A stretch of 32,000 nucleotides of DNA from Nanopusillaceae archaeon (GCA_049974095.1 JBMFJD010000004.1:35080-67079); one strand, 5' to 3'; positions 23,895 to 31,239 are shown, counted from the first letter of the stretch. Numbers and translations are program-made. The notes: generated by a model from the letters alone, not told the origin.

Positions 23895-24434
23895 TTAAAT
23901 AATGCTTTTTTGTATTTCTTCTTCAATATTTTTTAAATTCTCTCCTAATTCATATATTGAATCTCTTCCTTTTACAGTTATTAAATTTCTATCAACAAAA
24001 TAATTATGATTTGTTATTAATTTTACTCCAGAATTTTCGAAATATTTTAGATATTCTGGAAATTCGTCATAATTATATACAATTGATCTTCCAACCAAAA
24101 GACCAGATTTTAAAAATGCAATTTGTGCTAATGAAGATAATATTACTGTTCTATATGAATTTAAAAATCTTGTAAATATAGATTGTATTTCTACATCCAT
24201 AAATTCTTTGTATCCTCTATCTGCAATAAAAATTATTCTATCAAAATGATTTTCTTTCATTAAAAATATTTCATGTGTATCAAAATCTGGTAATACTTTG
24301 CTTTTATATCTTCCAATACTAATTTCTCTTTTTGGAATTGCAACATAATTTCTTCCATCTAATATATCAAAAAAATTAAATAAATCATCATCATCAAATC
24401 CTCTTCTTGGTAATACTATTAAATTCATTTTCAT
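23895..24434 (-). CDS. DJ-1/PfpI-superfamily-like protein lacking the nucleophile Cys (tentative)
   Basis: NLIVLPRRGFDDDDL...FDRIIFIADRGYKEF...TVILSSLAQIAFLKSGLLVGR...FVDRNLITVKG follows the class I glutamine amidotransferase-like/DJ-1 strand order. SSLAQ replaces the usual (A)ICHGP elbow. The ORF opens with a TTG at 24455, and the first ATG is at 24434. Confidence 0.45.
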   Translation of the reverse strand: MKMNLIVLPRRGFDDDDLFNFFDILDGRNYVAIPKREISIGRYKSKVLPDFDTHEIFLMKENHFDRIIFIADRGYKEFMDVEIQSIFTRFLNSYRTVILSSLAQIAFLKSGLLVGRSIVYNYDEFPEYLKYFENSGVKLITNHNYFVDRNLITVKGRDSIYELGENLKNIEEEIQKSII

Positions 24435-24497
24435 AAAATATAATAAATACTTCAATATTATTAAAATTTTTAATTTCCAAAATATCTTATCAAAGAT

Positions 24498-26174
24498 ATG
24501 TCAGATATTAAATTAGAAGATTTAAGAAATGAAAAAATTGAGGATAATAAACATAAATTATTGGAAATAAAACTAATATTTGATAATCCAAATATAAGAT
24601 TTGAACAGATATATTTCTGGTTATTAGATTTTATAAGGGATAGCTTAAAAATGAATATAAGTAAATTATCCGATGAATTTACATCTTCTGTAGGTTCTTT
24701 ATTTTTTGGAGAAATGAGTCAAAGAGCAACTGCAGTATTAAATACTGCCAGATCATTGGGAGAATTATTTAATACATTGACAAGATCAATTATATCAATT
24801 TTAAGTGAATATAAACAGATACAAACAAGGATTTTTCTATATGAAAAAATATTATCAAATGATAAAGATGAAGCATATAGTGCATATTTAACATTAAAAG
24901 ATATATGGATAAATAATGTAGATACAAATAGAGGTGCTGCAAGCTTAGCAAATATATCTAGGGGAAGATTAGGATTTGCAACTGCAATAGATTTATTTTA
25001 TATTTCTGATCTAAAAAATGAACTTGAAAAATTAAAAAATAAAGGAATTATTGGAGAATCTCTATTTAATAAAATATTTAACGAACAATATAATATACCA
25101 AGAGATTTAAATGAAATAAAAAATAAAGGAATAATAAATGAACAAATATATAATGTTGTAAATATTAGATTACAAGAATTTTATAACTGGTTAGAAATAA
25201 ATAAGAAATATCTATATGATAGAAATAATTTATTAAAAGCATATTTAAGGCATCAATTGAGCTCTTTATTATATTATGTTGAATTTGCAAAACCATATTT
25301 CAAATTTGCAAGAAAATTATTACAAAATCCTGAACAACCTATAGATGTTGTAAATGCATTAGAAACTGCAATTATTAACTTAACATTATTTTCTACTGGA
25401 AAAGAAACTAATGTAAAAGAGTATAATGAAAAAGAAGAAAAAGAAGGAGAAAAAACATATTTACCATTATATGAAATTGATATAACTGCAAGAGCATTAC
25501 CAACATTAACTGGAAGAGTTGAAGGTACAAGAATGTATTCATTCATTGGAAGAGCTGATATATATTTAAGAGCATATATTGTAGAAAAAAGTGAATATGA
25601 AAATATATTAGTAAATCAGGAAGCAGAGGATTTGTTATATATTACAGGATTAACTGATGAATATTTAAAAGATATGTCTGATATAATTTTGGAGATGTTT
25701 TTATATGATATAATAAAAAATGACGAAAAATTATTAAAATTAGTTGCAAATAGGTCAAATGCAAAACCTGATGAAATAAAAAACAATCCTTATAAAATAA
25801 AATGGACTAAAGAATTAATTGAAGAATTGGAAAAGAATGAAAGAATAAAAAAAGCAATGGGAAGTATAAGATGGATAAAAAAATATTTAGAATCTGAAAA
25901 AAAGGAAGAAAAAAATGAGGAGAAAAAAGAAGAAAAAGAAGGAGAATCCGGAATTCAATTAATATTTCCAAGTTTATCCAATATATTTATGAAAATATTT
26001 GAATTCATTACAACTTTTGGTAAAGACTTAAATGAAATTGGAAAGAATATAAAAAAGAAAAATATAGAAAATGAAAAGAAATATATTATGGATGATTTAA
26101 AGGATAAAACAATAGATACTGCCTGGAAAATTTATATGACATTTAAGAAAACATTTGGTATGTTAAATTATTAA
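24498..26174 (+). CDS. Hypothetical protein (558 aa): helical, two SHOCT-like repeats, K/E-rich linker, amphipathic C-terminus
   Basis: Long ORF with normal cytoplasmic composition and a TATA-like TTTTTAAT about 27 nt upstream. I recognise no family for the N-terminal IRFEQIYFWLLDFIRD...RGAASLANISRGRLGFATAIDLFYI region. Confidence 0.55.
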   Translation: MSDIKLEDLRNEKIEDNKHKLLEIKLIFDNPNIRFEQIYFWLLDFIRDSLKMNISKLSDEFTSSVGSLFFGEMSQRATAVLNTARSLGELFNTLTRSIISILSEYKQIQTRIFLYEKILSNDKDEAYSAYLTLKDIWINNVDTNRGAASLANISRGRLGFATAIDLFYISDLKNELEKLKNKGIIGESLFNKIFNEQYNIPRDLNEIKNKGIINEQIYNVVNIRLQEFYNWLEINKKYLYDRNNLLKAYLRHQLSSLLYYVEFAKPYFKFARKLLQNPEQPIDVVNALETAIINLTLFSTGKETNVKEYNEKEEKEGEKTYLPLYEIDITARALPTLTGRVEGTRMYSFIGRADIYLRAYIVEKSEYENILVNQEAEDLLYITGLTDEYLKDMSDIILEMFLYDIIKNDEKLLKLVANRSNAKPDEIKNNPYKIKWTKELIEELEKNERIKKAMGSIRWIKKYLESEKKEEKNEEKKEEKEGESGIQLIFPSLSNIFMKIFEFITTFGKDLNEIGKNIKKKNIENEKKYIMDDLKDKTIDTAWKIYMTFKKTFGMLNY

Positions 26175-26197
26175 ATTACGAAATTTCATAAATAATT

Positions 26198-28297
26198 ATG
26201 GATAATGATAAAAAGAAATATCCAAATGAATTATTTAACAGACCTATAGGAAGTAGTACAAATCCTGCTATAGCAAATCAGTTACAAGCATTTTTTGAAA
26301 AAGTTAGAGCAGGATATCCTGCTGTAGAAATTCAAACATTTTCATTTTATTCAAGAGAAGGACAAGCAGGATGGGCAGATATACCAAAAATTATTTTTGA
26401 AGAAATTGCAAGATCTGCAAAAATAAATAATGTCCAGTTATCTATACATGCTCCAGAACAGGATTTTCAAATAGCAGGTACTCCAGATAGAGAACTAAAT
26501 ATAAGTAAAGATTATAAAAAAGATAGTGCATATAAGATATCTTCAGTATTAGAAGCTGCAGAAACTATGTCAAAAATATATGGCCAACCAATAAAGGTAA
26601 ATATGCATGCTGGGGATACTACTTTAACAATTTGGGATAAAGATTTTGAAGAAAAAGTAAAAGAAAAATTGATATATGATTATAATTATAGAAAAGAATT
26701 TATAGAAAAATTATATAGAATGGGATTTATTACTGAAGAGCAATATAATATTTTAACTAAAAATAATATTGATAGAGAAACATTAGAAAAAAATATTCCA
26801 TCCTGGGCTTTTGCAAAATCTGAAGGAATATATTATAGAATAAATGGTGATGATATATTTAGTAAATTTGCTTCTCCATTTACAAGAGGAGTCGAAAGAG
26901 CAATTGGAGAAGTTGAAAGAGGAGGAAAAATAAGAAAAGAAGAAATAAAAACAATTGTAGATGAATTATATAATGCAAATGAAAATTTCTGGCTAAATTT
27001 CTTTAGTAGTATAGATAATCAATTTAGTAATTTAGCAATTAAATTTAGAAGAGATATTGAAGGCTTCTTCAATTATTTATTAACCCGAGGGGGATTTGCT
27101 GCTGGATATCCACAAAAAATTGGTGATTTTATAATGTATATTAAATCTTATAGAAATGTTTTGGATAATGTAAAAAATTTTGTAAATACTATAGAAGATA
27201 ACATAAGAAATATTAATGATGAAGAATTAAAAAGAGAAGTCGCAAATAAAATAGAATATTGGAAATCTATATTAAATGAAAATATAAATAAAATAGAAGA
27301 TTATGAAAAAAAATTATCAGAATTAGCTAGATATGCTGAAGAAGAAAAACAATATGATAAAATAGAAAATTATTTATTAAATGAAACAATAAATATTACT
27401 AATAATTTGAAAAATTCATTTGAAATAGTTGGATATTTATTAGATAATTTAAAAAATACAGTATTTTCTGATAGATTTGTACCTGTTGCATATCCTTTCC
27501 AAGAATTAGCAATAGAAAATGGAGCAAAAAATATTGCTGAAGGAATTAAAATGTTAATTGAAAGAGAAAAAATTAAGAATCCAAATTGGTATAAAAATAT
27601 TGTAGAATATTTACCAGATATTGTAATTGAAGAATCCTATCCAGGTGCTCCAGCAACAAGACCAGATATATGGAAAGAATTATTAAATAAAATAAGAGAG
27701 GAATTAAAGAATATTATTGAAAACTATCCTGAATTAAAGAATGAAATAGAAAAAAAGTATGGAAATATAGATAATTATTTAAAAAATAAAATAGGTGCAA
27801 CATTAGATGTTGGACATATAAAGATGTTTGAAAAATATGGATATAAGAAAGAGGATATATTAAAATGGGTTGAAGAAATAAAACCAGAAATAAAACATTT
27901 ACATGTTCATGAAACCCAATGGGGATCAGATACTCATTCACCTTTAGGTTTGGGATGGGATGATGTTATTGCAGAAGAATTAGAAAAAATAAAAGATATA
28001 TTGGGAAATGTTTCTATTGTTCATGAACCTGGATCATGGTATACAAAAGGATTTTCTCAAATGTATGGTTCAGAATATTCATATTATTTGCAAGGAGTTA
28101 ATCCAACAAATGTATATGGTCCATTATATGGAAATGAAGCATTTATAATTTCTCCATATGGAGGTACTCAATTTATTCCTCAATACATACAATATACCCA
28201 ATATTCTCCATTTTCTTATAATATATTTACCCAATTACCATTAGATCTTGGAGGAGGTAAGAAACAACAAACATTTACAGGAGAAAGAATAGATTAA
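26198..28297 (+). CDS. Endonuclease IV-like / xylose-isomerase-like TIM-barrel metalloprotein split by a ~330-aa helical insertion, with a Y/Q/G/P-rich tail
   Basis: Motifs in Endo IV order: QLSIHAPE (H84), KVNMHAGD (H137), IVIEESYPG (E478/479), ATLDVGH (D537, H540), KHLHVHE (H567/569/571), GSDTHSPLGLG (D578, H580), SIVHEPG (E610). These correspond to the nine metal ligands of E. coli Nfo. Residues ~141-470 have no counterpart in Nfo. Confidence 0.55.
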   Translation: MDNDKKKYPNELFNRPIGSSTNPAIANQLQAFFEKVRAGYPAVEIQTFSFYSREGQAGWADIPKIIFEEIARSAKINNVQLSIHAPEQDFQIAGTPDRELNISKDYKKDSAYKISSVLEAAETMSKIYGQPIKVNMHAGDTTLTIWDKDFEEKVKEKLIYDYNYRKEFIEKLYRMGFITEEQYNILTKNNIDRETLEKNIPSWAFAKSEGIYYRINGDDIFSKFASPFTRGVERAIGEVERGGKIRKEEIKTIVDELYNANENFWLNFFSSIDNQFSNLAIKFRRDIEGFFNYLLTRGGFAAGYPQKIGDFIMYIKSYRNVLDNVKNFVNTIEDNIRNINDEELKREVANKIEYWKSILNENINKIEDYEKKLSELARYAEEEKQYDKIENYLLNETINITNNLKNSFEIVGYLLDNLKNTVFSDRFVPVAYPFQELAIENGAKNIAEGIKMLIEREKIKNPNWYKNIVEYLPDIVIEESYPGAPATRPDIWKELLNKIREELKNIIENYPELKNEIEKKYGNIDNYLKNKIGATLDVGHIKMFEKYGYKKEDILKWVEEIKPEIKHLHVHETQWGSDTHSPLGLGWDDVIAEELEKIKDILGNVSIVHEPGSWYTKGFSQMYGSEYSYYLQGVNPTNVYGPLYGNEAFIISPYGGTQFIPQYIQYTQYSPFSYNIFTQLPLDLGGGKKQQTFTGERID

Positions 28298-28300
28298 TCC

Positions 28301-28308
28301 TTTATAAA
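28301..28308 (+). promoter_or_regulatory. TATA box (TTTATAAA) for secY
   Basis: Canonical octamer centred about 25 nt upstream of the secY ATG at 28330, implying a leaderless mRNA. Confidence 0.4.
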
Positions 28309-28329
28309 TATTTTTAATTAGTTTTATAT

Positions 28330-29694
28330 ATGACATTCTTAGATACTCTTGCATCATATTTACCTACAATAGAAAATCCAAAGAAATTATTATCTTTAAG
28401 AGAAAGAATATATAATACATTATTAGTAATTGTTTTATATACAATATTAGCTTCGATACCATTATTTGGAATATCTCCAGAAGTATCTACTAGATTAGAA
28501 GAATTAGCATGGTTATTTGGATCAAATTTAGGCACATTAGCAAGTGTTGGAATTGCTCCACCAGTTGTTGCTGGTATTTTTATGCAATTATTAGTTGGAT
28601 TAAAAATAATTGATATTGATGTATCAAATGATGAAGGAAGAGAAAAGTTTGATATTTATACAAGAGTATTAGCATTTTTCTTTATTATTATAGAAAGTTT
28701 TGTATTAATTCTTAGTGGAAATATTATCCCAAATATATTTCTAGGAATAAATATTTATCTTTTATATTTTATATTATTTATTCAGTTAGTTATTGGTGGA
28801 TTAATAATATTATTATTAGATGATTTTGCATATAAATATGGAATTACTTCAGGAATAAATATAATAATATTAACTGTAATAATTATTGCATTAGCATTAA
28901 GATTATTCAATCCATTATCTCCTCCATCATTAAGTGTTAATTTATTTGCCCAACCTACAGGATATATCCCTTCAGGAATGTTATATTTAACTGAAGGAAA
29001 TATTAATTTAGGATTAGCATTTATATTTGCAGCAATAGCAACATTTGGAATATTAATATTTGCTATATATTTACAATCTTTAAAAGTAGATGTACCTTTA
29101 TTATATCTTAATATAAATGGAGAAATAATAAAATATCCAATACAATTATTATATACATCTGTAATTCCTGCAATATTTATTTATGCATTAATTGTTGAAA
29201 TACAATCTTTATTTGGATTTAATCCAAATAATCCAATTGTTCAATTATTATCTCCCCCAAATGCTATAATAAATATTGGACAATTTGGAATTTCATGGTT
29301 ATATTCTCCATTTAATATTTTCCATATAGTATTTTACTTCCTATTATTTGTAATTGGCGGAATGTTTATATCAAAATTCTGGATATATGCAATTGGTATG
29401 GATCCAAAAAATTTAGCAAATTATTTAACAAACAATCCTTCTTCCCCATTATATATGAGGGATCCAAGAATTGTTGAGGATATGTTAAGAAAATATATTG
29501 ATCCAATTGGATATTTATCAGGATTTTTAATGGGATTACTAGCATCTTTAGGAGATATATTAAGTTCTGCAGTATCTGGTGTTTCAATTTTATTACTAGT
29601 AGTAATTGCAGGACAAATATATAATGATATGAAAAGGCTAAATGCATTACATTTATTCCCATTAATTGGAAAATATTTAGAAAAAAATGCTTGA
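28330..29694 (+). CDS. secY: Preprotein translocase subunit SecY
   Basis: About 10 TM helices. N-terminal PTIENPKKLLSLRERIYNTLLVIVLYTILASIPLFGI and GIAPPVVAGIFMQLLVG are typical SecY/Sec61alpha segments. Confidence 0.9.
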   Translation: MTFLDTLASYLPTIENPKKLLSLRERIYNTLLVIVLYTILASIPLFGISPEVSTRLEELAWLFGSNLGTLASVGIAPPVVAGIFMQLLVGLKIIDIDVSNDEGREKFDIYTRVLAFFFIIIESFVLILSGNIIPNIFLGINIYLLYFILFIQLVIGGLIILLLDDFAYKYGITSGINIIILTVIIIALALRLFNPLSPPSLSVNLFAQPTGYIPSGMLYLTEGNINLGLAFIFAAIATFGILIFAIYLQSLKVDVPLLYLNINGEIIKYPIQLLYTSVIPAIFIYALIVEIQSLFGFNPNNPIVQLLSPPNAIINIGQFGISWLYSPFNIFHIVFYFLLFVIGGMFISKFWIYAIGMDPKNLANYLTNNPSSPLYMRDPRIVEDMLRKYIDPIGYLSGFLMGLLASLGDILSSAVSGVSILLLVVIAGQIYNDMKRLNALHLFPLIGKYLEKNA

Positions 29695-30304
29695 TTCATT
29701 ATTTTTCTATGTTTTATTATTAGTAATTTTTGTTAATATTATAGTAAAAAAAATTGAAAGAAAAAGTGGAATAAAAGAACATACAAAGAAGTTACAGGAA
29801 ATACAGAAAAAATATATAGAAAGCATAAAATCTGGAAAAATTGATGAATTAAGTAAAATGATGGAAGAATTTCAAAAAATATATGGAAAAATAATGAAAC
29901 ATACAATGATTGTAACAATTATTGGAATTTTTATATTAATAATTATTACATTTTTATTCCAAACTGGTTTTTATATTAAATTAGTTGATAATACTACACA
30001 AGTAGTTATTACAAATCCAATATTATATAATCAGGATTTTGTAATATATTATAATAATACTTTTTTAGGATTCTATCATGCAAATAATAATTTAATTATT
30101 TTAAATGGAACATATGAAATAAATAAATTATCTGCTAATGTTATAACAAATAATTTACCATTTTATATATTTGGGATAAATTGGCTAAATCCTTTATTTT
30201 TATATATTATTTTGTATCTATTAATCCAGATAATTCTTTTAATTTTTAATTATATTAGTAGAAGATTTATAAAAAAATCTCAGGAAAGTAATAGAAATGG
30301 CTAA
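29687..30304 (+). CDS. DUF106 / EMC3-TMCO1-like membrane protein (archaeal Oxa1-superfamily insertase candidate) with an extracytoplasmic insertion
   Basis: TM1, then a basic coiled coil (KKLQEIQKKYIESIKSGKIDELSKMMEEFQKIYGKIMK), then further TMs. Its position between secY and L34e is the conserved archaeal slot for DUF106. Confidence 0.45.
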   Translation: MLDSLFFYVLLLVIFVNIIVKKIERKSGIKEHTKKLQEIQKKYIESIKSGKIDELSKMMEEFQKIYGKIMKHTMIVTIIGIFILIIITFLFQTGFYIKLVDNTTQVVITNPILYNQDFVIYYNNTFLGFYHANNNLIILNGTYEINKLSANVITNNLPFYIFGINWLNPLFLYIILYLLIQIILLIFNYISRRFIKKSQESNRNG

Positions 30305-30566
30305 AACATATTTGTATAGAAAAACTCCTTCAGGAAGGATTACAGTTATAGTTAAATTAAGGAAAGGAAATATACCAAGATGTGCAATATGTGGAAGAAA
30401 ATTACAAGGATTGCCTGCATTGCATCCTTCAAAATATAGGAGATTAAATTTATCACAAAAGAGAGTTAGTAGAAAATATGGAGGATATATATGTCATAAA
30501 TGTTTAGAAAAAATATTAAAGGAAAAAGTAAGGGAAAAATTAAAAGAATTAACTATTAATCAATAA
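30297..30566 (+). CDS. rpl34e: 50S ribosomal protein L34e (eL34)
   Basis: YRKTPSGRITVIVKLRKGNIPRCAICGRKLQGLP...RVSRKYGGYICHKC. Confidence 0.9.
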   Translation: MAKTYLYRKTPSGRITVIVKLRKGNIPRCAICGRKLQGLPALHPSKYRRLNLSQKRVSRKYGGYICHKCLEKILKEKVREKLKELTINQ

Positions 30567-30568
30567 AA

Positions 30569-30934
30569 ATGGTCTTACAAGTTGGTAGAGTATGTGTAAA
30601 ATTAAGGGGAAGAGAAGCTGGAAGGATGTGTGTAGTAGTAGATATAATAGATAATAATTTTGTATTGGTAGATGGAAATGTTAGAAGAAGAAGGGTAAAT
30701 ATAAAACATTTAGAACCAACAGATAAAGTATTAAATATACAAAAAGGAGCAAAAACAGAAGATGTAATAAAGGAAATGCTAAAAAATAAAATATCTATAT
30801 CATATTGGAAATTAAAAAAAGAAAATTTATTAACAAATGAAATAATTGAATTATATAAACAAAACTTTGGAGAAAAATGGGAAGATATTGCAAAATCTTT
30901 AGGCTCTCCTGGTAAAGGAAAAGTTATTGTATAA
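30569..30934 (+). CDS. rpl14e: 50S ribosomal protein L14e (eL14) with a C-terminal extension
   Basis: VGRVCVKLRGREAGRMCVVVDIIDNNFVLVDGNVRRRRVNIKHLEPTDKVLNIQKGA closely matches crenarchaeal L14e. Confidence 0.88.
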   Translation: MVLQVGRVCVKLRGREAGRMCVVVDIIDNNFVLVDGNVRRRRVNIKHLEPTDKVLNIQKGAKTEDVIKEMLKNKISISYWKLKKENLLTNEIIELYKQNFGEKWEDIAKSLGSPGKGKVIV

Positions 30935-30940
30935 TTTTTT
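30935..30940 (+). terminator. Oligo-T tract (T6) directly after the L14e stop codon
   Basis: TAATTTTTTATC. Archaeal termination commonly uses oligo-T. T-runs are frequent in this genome, so support is weak. Confidence 0.3.
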
Positions 30941-30961
30941 ATCTATATTGATAAACATTTG

Positions 30962-30969
30962 TTTATAAA
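30962..30969 (+). promoter_or_regulatory. TATA box (TTTATAAA) upstream of a small ORF
   Basis: Centred about 25 nt upstream of the ATG at 30991. It is overlapped by a near-palindrome, ATAAACATTTGTTTAT (30951-30966). Confidence 0.35.
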
Positions 30970-30990
30970 GACAGAAGTTTTCTATCTTTT

Positions 30991-31158
30991 ATGGACAGCA
31001 AAATATTATTAAGTATGTTTATAATTGGTGGAACATTAGTAGAAATTTACTTATTATGGAATCCGTCCTTTTTTAACAATGAGTATATTAAATTATTAGC
31101 TAGCAGTATAGTTACATTAGATATATTGGCACTTTTACAAATTTTATTAAATATTTAA
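30991..31158 (+). CDS. Small hydrophobic protein (55 aa), hypothetical, absent from the ORF track
   Basis: Hand translation gives MDSKILLSMFIIGGTLVEIYLLWNPSFFNNEYIKLLASSIVTLDILALLQILLNI. It has two hydrophobic segments and a canonical TATA at -26. Confidence 0.35.
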   Translation: MDSKILLSMFIIGGTLVEIYLLWNPSFFNNEYIKLLASSIVTLDILALLQILLNI

Positions 31159-31167
31159 TTTTTTATA

Positions 31168-31239
31168 GGGCCCGTAGTCTAGTGGTAGGATTCCAGATTC
31201 GCTATCCGGAGGTCCGGGGTTCGAATCCCCGCGGGTCCT
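31168..31239 (+). tRNA. tRNA-Ala (anticodon CGC), atypical details
   Basis: 72-nt cloverleaf. Acceptor GGGCCCG/CGGGTCC includes the G3:U70 Ala identity pair. Anticodon stem CCAGA/TCCGG has an A:C mismatch. Loop is UUCGCUA. T arm is CGGGG-TTCGAAT-CCCCG. Confidence 0.8.

Noticed and set aside
30780-30934. The C-terminal extension of L14e (YWKLKKENLLTNEIIELYKQNFGEKWEDIAKSLGSPGKG) superficially resembles a Myb/SANT helix-turn-helix (GxxWxxIAxxLG).
   Set aside because: The Trp spacing (23 residues) does not fit Myb/SANT repeats, and only one motif is present. Crenarchaeal L14e also has a helical K/E-rich tail, so this is probably just a lineage-specific r-protein extension.
30951-30966. Near-palindrome ATAAACATTTGTTTAT overlapping the TATA box of the small ORF at 30991, as a possible transcription-factor operator.
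   Set aside because: The palindrome is imperfect, AT-only and occurs once. It is not distinguishable from chance in this composition without comparative data.
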